The position numbers and the translations under genes were made by a program. A stretch of DNA of 64,000 bases, taken from the NCBI GenBank assembly GCA_963811285.1, contig CAWEQV010000014.1, positions 92,879 through 156,878 of the forward strand. The letters are read 5' to 3'. Shown piece after piece: positions 21,101-32,365 of this stretch (its first letter is position 1; the number at the start of each line of letters is the position of its first letter). The notes under the pieces were generated by a model that did no database searches, was not told the origin of the DNA, and was given only the letters and a program-made list of their open reading frames with translations. This stretch comes from an uncultured Chitinophagaceae bacterium. GTDB lineage: Bacteria; Bacteroidota; Bacteroidia; Chitinophagales; Chitinophagaceae.

Positions 21101-23020
21101 AAATAAAATGAGAAAATAAGGTTCAGCGGATGCGGCAAGGAGCGGTATTACTTCAAGGTTTACAGTTTCCGCATGATTGTTGGTATGTACCTCGATGCCA
21201 TTTTTTTCAGCAGAAACTTTTTCTTTTTTTGCTTTATAAATAAGAGACCTCAGTTCCAGGACCAGGTCTTCACGCAGCATTTTCAAAACATTCAGGCTTG
21301 CTTTGCCCTGGGCAGGTTCAAGAAAACGTGACGTGGCTCCGTGAAAGCGTTGAATCATCAACTCTGAATTAACGACCACACTCGCCGGCACATACTGTGT
21401 CAGCAAAATATTGTCGCTGAGTTTTTGGATATCGACTTCACTGGTTTTTTCTTTATTTAATATTACGGTGTCTGCATTTTTCTGATGATAATTGCGTGTA
21501 TTTGGATAAGAAAAATCAAGATCAAAATGGCCGCCTCCATTCTTTTTAGTATACACTTTCAATTCCTTATCGGGGTGTGCAAAAAGATCGGTATTGCTGC
21601 CAATGGTTTCTGACTTGCCCAATAAGAGGAAGCCATTGGGATTTAAGGCGTAATGAAAAGTTTTGAGCACCTTTTGCTGAAGGTTCGGTTCAAAATAGAT
21701 CATTACATTCTGGCAACTTACGATATCCATTCTTGAAAAAGGCGGATCAGAAAGCATATTGTGTGTGGCAAATACGCATACATCCCTTATCGACTTTATC
21801 ACCTGAAAATTGCCTTCTGTTGGCAAAAAATACTTTTTTAACAACTCAGGCGAAACATTTTCAACAGAGCCGGGCGAATAAATGCCGGTGCGCGCTTTTG
21901 CAATCGCTAACGGATTAAGATCGGTTGCAAAAACCTGGAAAGGAACAGAAATCGCATTTTTGGTAGTGTATTCAAAAATGGTGATTGCAAAAGAATAAGC
22001 TTCTTCGCCGCTGGCACAGCCGGAAACCCAGATGCGCACGGTTTCGCCGGCTTTACGTTCTTTAAACACCTGCGGCAATACTTTTTTCCGCAACGCCAAA
22101 AAAACCAACGGATCCCTGAAGAAATTGGTAACGTTAATCAACAGGTCCTGGTAAAGCTGTTCCACTTCTTTGTCCTCTTCGCGAAGTGTTTGTATATAGT
22201 CCTGCAGGTTTTTTTTATGGTTAAGCGCCATCCTTCTTAATATCCGGCGGTTGACCGTGGTTTGTTTGTATAACGAAAAATCAATTCCTTTTTTATTGAG
22301 CAAAATAACAAGGATTCTTCTTAACTCTTTTTCGTCTGCGGTTTGCAGGTCGGCCTCTGAAAGTGAAGTGTAAGGATGGCGGATAATATCGTTTAGTTCG
22401 GCTGCGATTTTATCTACCGGCAAAATAAAATCTACAAAACCGGAATCTACCGCGCTCCTTGGCATCCCGGTAAAAGCTGCTGTTTCGTCCTGCGCAAAGG
22501 TAATTCCGCCTTCGGCTTTAATATCTTTAAATCCCTGCGTGCCGTCAGACCCGGTGCCGGATAATAAAATGCCTATGGCCTTGTTGCAGTATAATTTCGC
22601 GAGCTTTTTAAAAAAATAATCAATCGGCAAAAAAATACCTCGCTTGCTTTCGCGCGGAAACAAAGTAAGATGCCCGTCCACAATATCCATATAAGTATCA
22701 GGCGGAATTACGAAAATTTCATTGGGCTTTAGCGGAATTTTGTCCTCCACTTTATGCACCTTCATCCTGGTTTCTTTCTCAAGCAGCTTCGGCAAAATGC
22801 TTTCAAAATGCGGTGCCAGGTGTTGAACAATCACATAGGCAATGCCCGTGTTATCAGGTAGATGTCGCAGCAACAGTTTGATTGCTTCCAATCCGCCGGC
22901 AGACGCACCAATGCCTGCCACAGGAAATGGCGCCGCGGTTTTTTTACTCTTTTTAGTAGAAACGTTTGACGTTTCTGTTTTCTTTACAGATGAATTTTTC
23001 TTTTTCTGATCCGATTGCAT
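18179..23020 (-). CDS. CheB methylesterase-CheR methyltransferase-coiled coil-multi-PAS-histidine kinase fusion; three ORFs joined across frameshifts near 21100 and 20120
   Basis: GIGASAGG, VQHL, LSGTGSDG (CheB); INVTNFFRD, WVSGCASGEEAYS, DIVSCQNVMIYF (CheR); EELQSANEE/EELETSKEELQS coil; PAS domains; ASHELKTP, NAIKYS, DFGIGI, GLGLGL. Start placed at MQSDQ (23020). Confidence 0.85.
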
Positions 23021-23431
23021 GTCTTTCCCGCGGTTAAAAAATTTGAGAAAAAAAGGAAAGTTAAATTTATTTGATGAGAATATAACCAAAAAATGGGGAG
23101 ATTTTAAATTTATTTTCCAAACACAAAGGGCAATAGCCGGTAACACCTTCACATTTTTTACAAGAGAAAAATCTGAAGAATTTGTTCGTTTACCGGTTAC
23201 CGTTATTTGGTAGTAACCCGGATGGAAGGTGTCAGGCCACTGCCAGTGGCCAGACACCTGAATATTTCGCTGGTCGATACAGTTTCAAACGAGGACAAAG
23301 GTTTGCGTCGCAGGAGTGATCAAAATGGCTGATGAAGAATAAGACAGACTTAAAAAAAATTTGGTTTCGCGTTACAATGCAAAATGAACAGCGATACTTA
23401 ATAAGTTCTTTATACAATAAACCGGTAGAAA

Positions 23432-23821
23432 TTACAAAATAAATTTCCTGACCGTTTCGCGCAATTCATCAATGCTGAAAGGCTTTTTTATCATCGCGGA
23501 GGCGTTCACCCGGATGCTAACTTTTTCAATATCATTTACTGCAGAAAAAATAACTACCGGGATATTCTTTGTTTCATCATTTCCCCTAAGTAATTCAATT
23601 GCATGTTCGCCGCCAATGTGTGGCATCCAAAGATCCATTAAGATAATGTCTGGCTTTACCCTATCAATATCTTCAAACAGGTTTTCACAACTGGGATATG
23701 TTTCTACATGCTGATAGTCATTAGCAAGTATCAGTTTTGAAATTCTAAGGATTTCAAAATCGTCATCATATATTAGCACACATTTCTCTTGCATTAGTTC
23801 GGAAGGGGGTTTATAATGCAA
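23432..23821 (-). CDS. Stand-alone response-regulator receiver protein
   Basis: LIYDDD, PDIILMD, VVIFSA, IKKPF. Confidence 0.9.
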   Translation of the reverse strand: MHYKPPSELMQEKCVLIYDDDFEILRISKLILANDYQHVETYPSCENLFEDIDRVKPDIILMDLWMPHIGGEHAIELLRGNDETKNIPVVIFSAVNDIEKVSIRVNASAMIKKPFSIDELRETVRKFIL

Positions 23822-24028
23822 GATAGAAAAAAAACCGATTCACTAATAAAGTTCTATACTTTTTACACACTGATACTTTTAAAGGACACGGGTTTATTTA
23901 TGCTTAATTTTTTAAATATTGATTTCAGCATTTGAAAACAATAATAACTTGTTAATTAGCCTGCAGGAAAATATCTTTTTTTTAGTTTCGAAAACCAGAT
24001 TTGTTATTAACCCTCTCAATTCGTGACT

Positions 24029-24730
24029 ATGAAACTCACCCTGGTATCGCTTCTCTTTATATCAATTACCACTAATGCCCAGCGCTCCGGAAATTTTGTT
24101 GAATCAAATAATTATCTCTTTGCAGCAGCGCCTTACGAGCAGGCTTCTTTACTCAATGGCCACCATAAATTGTTCCAGCGCAATATGGGAATGATCATTG
24201 GCTTGCAGCGTGGAAAATATACTTCGCTGGAACTGGGTGGCGAAGCACATTGGAGAAAAATAAGCCTGCTCAAGCCCCACATTATCGGCGCCACTGCTAA
24301 TCTCTCTTATAACCCCGGAAAGAATGTGCTTGGCTATCATGTCGGTATTTGGATGAAACGCGGCCATATCAATCTTACCTACGGCGCTGACATCAATTAT
24401 TTTACCGACTTCAATAAACGGCAGGCTATTGCCATCGGTCCTTCCATTGGTTTCCGTCTTTTTGGTTTGCATTTGGTAAATGGTTTCAATCTTGTTGCTG
24501 CAAACAGCAGCAAGAGCATGGCAGAACCTTTACCTGTAAATACATTTTATATGTCGCTTCGCTATTATATTCCTGTGAAAAATGAATTTACCTGGGACAG
24601 GCAAACAATGAAAAAGAAGCGTGCGCGAAAGAAAGCAAGGATGAAAAGAATCCGCGAAAGGCAAAAAGAAAATAACAAAAGCACGAAAAAGAAATGGAAT
24701 TTCCGTCTTCCATTTTCAAAATCCAGGTAA
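24029..24730 (+). CDS. Hypothetical secreted/outer-membrane protein with a highly basic C-terminal tail
   Basis: Signal peptide ending TNA-Q; alternating beta-strand pattern; tail KKKRARKKARMKRIRERQK. Confidence 0.65.
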   Translation: MKLTLVSLLFISITTNAQRSGNFVESNNYLFAAAPYEQASLLNGHHKLFQRNMGMIIGLQRGKYTSLELGGEAHWRKISLLKPHIIGATANLSYNPGKNVLGYHVGIWMKRGHINLTYGADINYFTDFNKRQAIAIGPSIGFRLFGLHLVNGFNLVAANSSKSMAEPLPVNTFYMSLRYYIPVKNEFTWDRQTMKKKRARKKARMKRIRERQKENNKSTKKKWNFRLPFSKSR

Positions 24731-24805
24731 ACAAGTCAACCTCCAGCAAACAAACTAATATTGACGATTTTTATTTTCCTTTTTTCTGAATCCGCTTGAC
24801 CGTTC

Positions 24806-25201
24806 TTATTTCGTCAAAGTAATTGTTTCTTCATAAAGATTTGCACCCTGCATTTCTCTGGTATATAATACAAATAGACTGGAAGTGAGCGTTTGTATAT
24901 TAAGCGTATCAGTTCCATTGATGATTAATTTTGTATCACCTGACAAAGAGTAAGCAGATGTATCTTTTTGACCGTTAAAATTTGAGTAAGCTTTGCTATC
25001 ACTCCTGAATTCAATAGTGGCTCCCATTCCGTAAGTAGTGTCTGAGTAATCTACTCCACTCACATTTTGATGATAAATATCGGTTTGCATTTGCCATGTG
25101 CCAAGAACCTTTTCAGCAGTAGTTGTTTCTTTCTTTTTACAGGCAATAAAAGTGAGAGTAAGTGAACCAATCAGCAGAAATGATTTGATGTTTTTATTCA
25201 T
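24806..25201 (-). CDS. Lipocalin-like lipoprotein
   Basis: Lipobox FIAC-KK; KVLGTWQ motif; beta-rich. Confidence 0.7.
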   Translation of the reverse strand: MNKNIKSFLLIGSLTLTFIACKKKETTTAEKVLGTWQMQTDIYHQNVSGVDYSDTTYGMGATIEFRSDSKAYSNFNGQKDTSAYSLSGDTKLIINGTDTLNIQTLTSSLFVLYTREMQGANLYEETITLTK

Positions 25202-25559
25202 AACGTTTTTTTGAGGGTTGAATTAAATTAATACATGATTTAAAACCTTAATAGATTTTATCCCCTGATAACGCCTTTAAAGTTATAAAATTGTTTGAGG
25301 CGGATTCTGTGTGAAGGTCTATTCCCAAACCATAAGTCTCTTTGGTATGTTATAGGTAATTAAAAAGACAAAATATGCAATTCCAAAACTTTTGCTTCTG
25401 CTAAATAATTTTCCAGATAAAAATTAATTGAAAAATGAAAAGATTAAACTTTCACAAAAATTATTCTCTATTATCAAATGTGGTAGTACTTCAAACAAAA
25501 TAAACACTCCTTTAATCTGTTTTAAATAGTTTTGCAATAATTGAACAAAACTATATATT

Positions 25560-26126
25560 TTGAATTTATTTGACTTTCTGCGCCAGCCATGGCCCTGGTA
25601 CGTTGCAGGCCCTCTTATCGGTTTAACCGTTCCGCTGCTTTTACTTGCCGGAAATAAAATGTTGGGTATCTCGAGTAGCCTGCGGCATATTTGCGCAGCT
25701 TGCTTTCCCGGCCAGATAGCTTTCCTCAAATACAGGTGGAAAGATCAATTGTGGAATTTGTTTTTTGCTGCCGGACTGTTGATTGGCGGATTTATCGGCG
25801 GTGTAATTTTAAAACCTGCCACGCCAATGCCTCTTTCAGACGCCACCAAAAACGCTTTAGGTTCGTATGGTATTACAGATGTGCATCGTCTTTTACCGGC
25901 AGAAATTTTTAGCTGGGCTCATTTGTTAACGTGGCAACATTTCTTGATTATTATTGGCGGAGGATTTTTGGTAGGCTTTGGAACGCGCTATGGCCATGGA
26001 TGCACAAGCGGCCATGGAATTTTTGGGCTGTCTACTTTCCAATGGCCTTCACTTATAGCTGTGATCTTATTTTTTGCCAGCGGCATTTTTACGACTCATT
26101 TTATTTTACCCTTACTTCTTAAATAA
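25560..26126 (+). CDS. YeeE/YedE (TsuA-like) sulfur-compound transporter, subunit 1
   Basis: [34 protein letters not shown]. Confidence 0.9.
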   Translation: MNLFDFLRQPWPWYVAGPLIGLTVPLLLLAGNKMLGISSSLRHICAACFPGQIAFLKYRWKDQLWNLFFAAGLLIGGFIGGVILKPATPMPLSDATKNALGSYGITDVHRLLPAEIFSWAHLLTWQHFLIIIGGGFLVGFGTRYGHGCTSGHGIFGLSTFQWPSLIAVILFFASGIFTTHFILPLLLK

Positions 26127-26542
26127 TGAAAAAGAAAAACTTTTTATTCCTTTTGTTGGGAATTATTTTCGGTACCACACTTATAAAAGCAGATGCTGTT
26201 TCATGGTTTCGGATGCAGGAAATGTTTCGTTTCCAGGGTTTTCAGATGTATGGAATTTTTATGACAGCGATTCCTACCGCAGCTATTTCTGTTTTTCTTA
26301 TTCGTAAATTCAATATTAAAACCTTGGACGGCGAGCCGGTTAAAATCATTGAAAAGAAATTTAATTGGGGAATTGTTTATGGTTCAATTTTGTTCGGAAT
26401 AGGTTGGGCTTTGACCGGCACTTGTCCCGGTCCGATTTATGTACAAATTGGTAGCGGCCTCACGATTGCAATTCTTACTCTCCTAAGCGCACTTGCCGGG
26501 ACATGGGTTTATAGTTATTTAAAACCGAAGCTTCCTCATTAG
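26126..26542 (+). CDS. YeeE/YedE family transporter, subunit 2
   Basis: FRMQEMFRFQ.F.MYG, FGIGWALTGTCPGP; overlaps the stop codon of subunit 1. Confidence 0.88.
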   Translation: MKKKNFLFLLLGIIFGTTLIKADAVSWFRMQEMFRFQGFQMYGIFMTAIPTAAISVFLIRKFNIKTLDGEPVKIIEKKFNWGIVYGSILFGIGWALTGTCPGPIYVQIGSGLTIAILTLLSALAGTWVYSYLKPKLPH

Positions 26543-26566
26543 TAAACCAATAAATTCCGCGAATTT

Positions 26567-27871
26567 TTATTTTTTTCTGAAGAAGATCCTGACAGGCACC
26601 CCGGTCAAATCAAAATTTTCACGCAACTGGTTTTCCAAATAATTCTTATAAGGCGTTTTGATATCATTGGGATAATTACAGAAAAAGGCAAATGAAGGAA
26701 CAGCAGTTGGCAACTGGGTAACAAATTTAATTTTTACCGCATGGCCGCGAACTACGGGCGCATGGTAAGATTCCATCGCTTTTTGCATTACCTCATTTAG
26801 TTTGGAAGTTGCGATTTTCTGCATCCTGTTATCATATACTTTCAACGCGGTTTCCATAGCCTGGAAAATCCGTAATTTCTCAGTAGCGGAAATGAAAAGT
26901 ATCGGCACATCATTAAATGGCGCCAGTTTTTGTTTCAGCGATTTTTCATAATCGCGTGCTGTGTTGGTTTCTTTTTTTACAATGTCCCATTTATTTACCA
27001 ACACCACAATTCCTTTTCCTTTTTTTGCGGCTAATGAAAAAATATTCAGATCCTGCGCCGTGATGCCTTTCTCCGCATCCAATAATAAAATACAAACGTC
27101 CGCTTCGTCAACAGCACTTATCGCACGAATGACAGAATAAAACTCCAGGTCTTCACTTACCTTTTTCTTACGCCTGATTCCGGCTGTATCAATTAAAATA
27201 AATTCCTTATTGAATAAATTATAAGTAGTATGAACTGCATCTCTTGTAGTTCCTGCAATTTCGCTTACAATCGTACGCTCCTGCCCTGTCAAAGCATTCA
27301 GCAAAGAAGATTTACCCACATTTGGCTGGCCAATAATGGCAAATTTTGGAATCGTAGTTGGCTCTTCAATTTTTTCTGCAGGAATCCTTGAACAGATTTC
27401 GTCCAGCAATTCCCCGGTTCCTGATCCGCTTATAGAAGAGAGAAAAAATATTTTTTCAAAACCGAGGCTATAAAACTCGGCTGCCTCCAGTTCACGATTA
27501 TAGTTGTCGACTTTGTTCACTACCAGGTAAACAGGCTTTGGTGATCTGCGCAGCATTTCAGCCATGTCCTGATCCAGATTGGTAACTCCGGTAGTAACAT
27601 CCACCATAAAAATAATCGCATTAGATTCTGCAACGGCAATTTGAACCTGCTTGCGGATCTCACGCTCAAAAATATCATTACTATCAGCGACAAAGCCGCC
27701 GGTGTCAATCACATTGAAACTCTTTCCAGCCCATTCTGCCACTCCATATTGCCTGTCCCGGGTTACGCCGCTAAAATCATCAACAATAGACTTGCGTTGT
27801 TCGAGCATCCGGTTAAAAAAAGTGCTTTTACCCACATTTGGGCGGCCGGTAACTGCTACTGTGTAAGACAT
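26567..27871 (-). CDS. der: Ribosome biogenesis GTPase Der (EngA)
   Basis: Two G domains: GRPNVGKS/DTGG/NKVD and GQPNVGKS/DTAG/NKWD. Confidence 0.97.
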   Translation of the reverse strand: MSYTVAVTGRPNVGKSTFFNRMLEQRKSIVDDFSGVTRDRQYGVAEWAGKSFNVIDTGGFVADSNDIFEREIRKQVQIAVAESNAIIFMVDVTTGVTNLDQDMAEMLRRSPKPVYLVVNKVDNYNRELEAAEFYSLGFEKIFFLSSISGSGTGELLDEICSRIPAEKIEEPTTIPKFAIIGQPNVGKSSLLNALTGQERTIVSEIAGTTRDAVHTTYNLFNKEFILIDTAGIRRKKKVSEDLEFYSVIRAISAVDEADVCILLLDAEKGITAQDLNIFSLAAKKGKGIVVLVNKWDIVKKETNTARDYEKSLKQKLAPFNDVPILFISATEKLRIFQAMETALKVYDNRMQKIATSKLNEVMQKAMESYHAPVVRGHAVKIKFVTQLPTAVPSFAFFCNYPNDIKTPYKNYLENQLRENFDLTGVPVRIFFRKK

Positions 27872-28015
27872 TTATATTTACAGTTGAGGATTTAAAATAC
27901 CAATTTCTTTTGGCGCTGCAAAGAACGGAAAGTATTTGCAAATAGCATCAATAGCGCAATCGCTAAAAATTTTTAAAGTAAAATAAAAAAGAACCCAATA
28001 TGTTTGTTTACTGTT

Positions 28016-29320
28016 TCAGACAATATTTTTATTTTTAATATCCGCTGAACCTGTTTTGATTGATTTCAAATCCTTATAAAAATCCGGGTAAGATTTTTTT
28101 ACTGCTTCTGATTGCTGAATCACTGTATTCCCTTTAGCCGCCAAAGCTGCAACAGCCGTTGCCATGGCAATCCGGTGATCATTGTGTGAAGAAACAGTCG
28201 CCCCTTTTACTTCTCTGCTTCCTTTTATATTCATCAGGTCGCCATTCAATTCAATCTCAACATTCATTTTTTTAAACTCATCTCTTAAAGCGATTGCCCT
28301 GTTGCTTTCTTTATGTAAAAGCCGGTTCACACCTTTGATAATGGTAGTTCCTTTGCAATAAGAAGCAAGCGCCACGAGCGGAGGAAACAAATCCGGGCAA
28401 TGGGTTGCATCGAATTCAAATGCGGATAATTTATTTTTCTTTACTGTAATTTCTTTTTTAGTGACCATAACATCTGCGCCACAATCGTACAACGCTTCCA
28501 TAATATTTTTATCGCCCTGGCATGAATTAAGATCAGCACCTGTAAGCGTGATGTGACCTGCAACAGCACCGGCAACCAGCAAAAAAGCAGCATTGCTCCA
28601 ATCTCCCTCCACTGTATATTTTATACTATGCGCCTGCAATGGCTCACGAGGGAAAATGTTGAAAACTTCGTAATTCTGATTTTCAATTTTAAAACCAAAA
28701 TGTTTTAAAACGGCAATAGTAAGATCAATATAAGGCCTGCTTGAAAGATCCTTTACAGTAATACTAACGGGACGGGTACATGCTTTTGCAAAAGCGAATA
28801 ATAACCCCGTCAAAAATTGAGAGCTTAAAGAACCATCCACTTTAATATTTTTAGGATGAAGAGGGCCACGTAAAGTAACTGGCAATTTTCCATCATTTGA
28901 GTTTACTTCCACATCAAGCAAAGGAAGGATTTCATCAAAAAAATTCATTGGCCTTTTTAAAATACTTCCTTCACCAGTAAAAATAATATCATAATTAAAC
29001 AGGCCGGCAATCGGTGCAAACATTCGCATTGATAAACCACTTTCTCCAACATTCAAAATCACATTTTTTTCAGGAAACTGTGAACGAAAAATAAAATCAT
29101 GGGAAGTGATAGCCAATTTATTGCTTGTCTTATTAATAGTGGCGCCCAATTTTGCTATTATATCGAGAGCCGCTTTTTCATCGTTGCTGTTGCCAAAATT
29201 ATCAATAACCGTTGTGCCTGGCGTAATCAGCGCAGCAGCGCAAGCGCGCTGCATTGAACTTTTTGATGGCGGCACTTTTATTTTTCCTGATATGGAAGAG
29301 GGCGTAATTGTTATATCCAC
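28016..29320 (-). CDS. aroA: EPSP synthase
   Basis: PPSKS, GESGLSMR, SSQFLTGLL, KESNR, NDHRIAM. Confidence 0.95.
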   Translation of the reverse strand: MDITITPSSISGKIKVPPSKSSMQRACAAALITPGTTVIDNFGNSNDEKAALDIIAKLGATINKTSNKLAITSHDFIFRSQFPEKNVILNVGESGLSMRMFAPIAGLFNYDIIFTGEGSILKRPMNFFDEILPLLDVEVNSNDGKLPVTLRGPLHPKNIKVDGSLSSQFLTGLLFAFAKACTRPVSITVKDLSSRPYIDLTIAVLKHFGFKIENQNYEVFNIFPREPLQAHSIKYTVEGDWSNAAFLLVAGAVAGHITLTGADLNSCQGDKNIMEALYDCGADVMVTKKEITVKKNKLSAFEFDATHCPDLFPPLVALASYCKGTTIIKGVNRLLHKESNRAIALRDEFKKMNVEIELNGDLMNIKGSREVKGATVSSHNDHRIAMATAVAALAAKGNTVIQQSEAVKKSYPDFYKDLKSIKTGSADIKNKNIV

Positions 29321-29332
29321 TTAATGCTTAAA

Positions 29333-30379
29333 TTATGAATTGAATGAAAAAAATATCTTGTGCAATTCCCGAATTGGAATTTTCTGTATACAGGCTTTAC
29401 CGATTTTTTCCAGCACAATAAAATGCATGTCTTTGCCGGATTTTTTTTTATCGTGCAATAAAATGTCCCACGTTTTTTGTTTGTCAAATTCGAAAGAAAC
29501 GGGAAGATGATATTTAGAAAGTAATTGCCTAACCTTTTCCGTACCGGTTTTGGGAAAACCAGTTATTTGTTCTGAAATAATGCAAGCGGCCACCATACCG
29601 ATACTTATCGCACTTCCATGTGGAAGTTTCCCTGTATTTTCAATTGCATGGCCGATTGTATGGCCAAAATTGAGCAACCTTCTCTCCCCTGTTTCACGCT
29701 CATCATTTACTACAACATTGTATTTTAATTCCACGTTCTGCTGAATTAATTTTCCAATATTCTCCAAGGAAGAATGAAAATAATCGAAGGGTTTTTCCTG
29801 TAGTAACCTGAACATGTTTTCATCCCTGATGCAGGCATGTTTTATTATTTCTGCAAAACCATTGATCCACTCCGCCTCAGGAAGTGTTTCTAAAAAAGAA
29901 TAATCATAAAATAAAAATTCAGGCTGATTGATAACGCCGACCAGGTTTTTATAAACTCCAACATCAACGCCGTTCTTCCCCCCGATACTTGCATCTACCA
30001 TAGCCAAAATACTTGTCGGTACAAAACCGAACCTCACGCCACGCATATAAATTGAAGCCGCATAACCTGTAATATCAGTAACAACACCACCTCCAACACC
30101 GATGAGAAATGTTTGCCTGTCTGCATTCAATTCAATCAACCCCTTAATTATTTTATCAACCGCTTCTTGATTTTTGTGTTGCTCTCCTGCTTTTATTACT
30201 ATTGTTTTCCAGCCTGAAAACTTTTCGGATTGCTTTGCAAAAACATTTTCGTCCGTAATCAGAATCGAATTTTCTTTATCAACATGCTCCTGCAATTGGG
30301 AAAAATCAGCGTTAAAATATACGCTTACCGCCTTCTCTGAAAAGACATAATTTTTGTCCACCATTTCTTTATTCTTCAT
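29333..30379 (-). CDS. aroB: 3-dehydroquinate synthase
   Basis: GGGVVTDITG, VDASIGGKNG, LNFGHTIGHA, HDKK. Confidence 0.95.
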   Translation of the reverse strand: MKNKEMVDKNYVFSEKAVSVYFNADFSQLQEHVDKENSILITDENVFAKQSEKFSGWKTIVIKAGEQHKNQEAVDKIIKGLIELNADRQTFLIGVGGGVVTDITGYAASIYMRGVRFGFVPTSILAMVDASIGGKNGVDVGVYKNLVGVINQPEFLFYDYSFLETLPEAEWINGFAEIIKHACIRDENMFRLLQEKPFDYFHSSLENIGKLIQQNVELKYNVVVNDERETGERRLLNFGHTIGHAIENTGKLPHGSAISIGMVAACIISEQITGFPKTGTEKVRQLLSKYHLPVSFEFDKQKTWDILLHDKKKSGKDMHFIVLEKIGKACIQKIPIRELHKIFFSFNS

Positions 30380-31460
30380 TCATGATTTTATTTTGATGGT
30401 TGATACTTTCCATGTGAACCGCATCAAAATATTTGGTAATAAAATCTTTACTGAGATCCAGTTTTTCACCCTTTACAAAAGCCTTGGCCAAAATTTCATT
30501 CCAGCGATTGGTTTGTAAGATCGTGATATTGTTTTCTCTTTTATATTCACCGATTTTATTGGAAATCTTCATGCGTTGACCGAGGAGCGCCATTAGTTCA
30601 TCATCTACATGGTTGATCTGTTCACGCAATTTCGCAAGCGCCGTTACAAATTCTTTTTCATTTGAGTTTTCATGACGCCATTTCAGGTTACCGAGCATTT
30701 CAGATAATTTTTCCGGGGTAATTTGTTGCTTTGAGTCACTCCATGCCTTATCAGGATCAATATGAGTTTCGATCATTAAACCATCAAAATCGAGGTCGAT
30801 ACTTTTTTGAGCTACATCCTGCAGGCCGGTTCTGTTACCGCAAATGTGAGAAGGATCACAAATGATAAGCATATCAGGAAATCTTCTTTTCATTTCTATT
30901 GGCAGATGCCACATCGGCGCGTTCCGGAATTCGGTATTTCCGTAATTGGAAAAACCGCGATGGATCATTCCGATATCTTTCACTCCAACTTTTTGCAAAC
31001 GCTCAATGCCTCCGCTCCAAAGTTCCAGGTCAGGATTGATAGGATTTTTAATTAAGACAGGAATGTCAACGCCGCGCAAAGCATCACAAACTTCCTGCAC
31101 GCTAAAGGGATTCACAGTAGTGCGTGCGCCAACCCAAACCAGGTCAACATCAAATTGCAATGCCATCTCTACATGTTTTGCAGTAGCGACTTCTACGGCA
31201 ATAGGAAGGCCGGAAATTTTCTTTGCCTGTGCAAGCCACGGCAAACCTTTTACACCAATGCCTTCAAACATACCGGGCTTGGTCCTTGGTTTCCAAATTC
31301 CGGCGCGAAGCAAATCAACCTTTCCTGTTTTTGCAAGCCTTGTAGCGGTTTCCACTACCTGTTCTTCTGTTTCGGCGCTGCATGGGCCGCTGATGATCAA
31401 TGGACGCTTATTCCATTTTTCTTTTATTTCCTCTTTCATAGTTTTTGTTTCAGTTTGCAT
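30369..31460 (-). CDS. DAHP synthase (class I-beta) fused to a C-terminal AroQ chorismate mutase
   Basis: SGPCSAE, RAGIWKPRT, GARTT, ICDPSH, IETH; C-terminal LREQINHVDDELMALLGQR. Confidence 0.92.
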   Translation of the reverse strand: MQTETKTMKEEIKEKWNKRPLIISGPCSAETEEQVVETATRLAKTGKVDLLRAGIWKPRTKPGMFEGIGVKGLPWLAQAKKISGLPIAVEVATAKHVEMALQFDVDLVWVGARTTVNPFSVQEVCDALRGVDIPVLIKNPINPDLELWSGGIERLQKVGVKDIGMIHRGFSNYGNTEFRNAPMWHLPIEMKRRFPDMLIICDPSHICGNRTGLQDVAQKSIDLDFDGLMIETHIDPDKAWSDSKQQITPEKLSEMLGNLKWRHENSNEKEFVTALAKLREQINHVDDELMALLGQRMKISNKIGEYKRENNITILQTNRWNEILAKAFVKGEKLDLSKDFITKYFDAVHMESINHQNKIMNEE

Positions 31461-31507
31461 TGTAAAATTAATTTTTAAAATTTATAGTTATTTGTTCGTT
31501 TACTGTC

Positions 31508-32357
31508 TTACTTAATAATTCTTGAAATTTTATTGGCGTTTTCCATCAGTTCTTTCAGGTATTCATAATTTTCCTTTTCAAGACAGCTTTTAAATTTTCG
31601 TAATTGCGAAATGTGTTCATTCAAAACATCTAAAACATTTTCCCTGTTCTGCATAAAAATCGGCGCCCACATAGAAGGATTACTTTTTGCCAGACGAACG
31701 GTGCTTTCAAAACCACCGCCTGCCAGTTCAAAAATCGCGTCTTCTTCTTTTTCTTTTTCCAAAACCGTATTTGCTAATGCAAAAGAAGTGATGTGGGAAA
31801 TATGACTTACATACGCGGCATGAATATCATGGTTTTCCGCATCCATATACGTAAGATGCATTCCCAATTCTTTGTAAATCTTTTCAACCGTTTTAACTGC
31901 TTCTTCATCACTCTTTTCTTTTTCACAAATGACACATGATCTGCCGCTGAAAGCTTCTCTCACGGCAGCTTCCGGGCCGCTGTATTCTGTTCCCCACATC
32001 GGATGCGTTGCTACAAACCTTTTTCTTTTCGGATGATTTTCCAAGTGCTTTACACAAGGCATATTTCGTAGAACCAGCGTCTGCAACGATTTGTTTGTCG
32101 GTAACCAAATCCATAATTTTTTCCATAACAGGAATGGTTACGTCAACAGGAATCGCGACATAAATGAAATCACTTTTTTTCACCGCTTCTTCCAGGGGCA
32201 ACGCTTCATCAATAATTCCAAGCTCTTTCGCTTTATCTAAACTTGCCTGTGTTCTGCTGACACCAATTATATTTTTTGCGAAGCCTTTTTCTTTTAAAGC
32301 GAGCGCAAAAGAGCCACTAATTAAACCAACACCTACTATCGTTACGTTTTCAAACAT
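31508..32357 (-). CDS. tyrA: Prephenate dehydrogenase; frameshift near 32045
   Basis: GVGLISGS Rossmann motif, DAGSTK, ATHPMWGTE, HDIHAAYVSHISH. Confidence 0.92.
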
Positions 32358-32365
32358 ATCATTTA

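Noticed and set aside
23021-23257. N-terminal extension of the CheB/CheR ORF in the ORF track
   Set aside because: Low-complexity intergenic sequence; MQSDQ at 23020 is the more plausible start.
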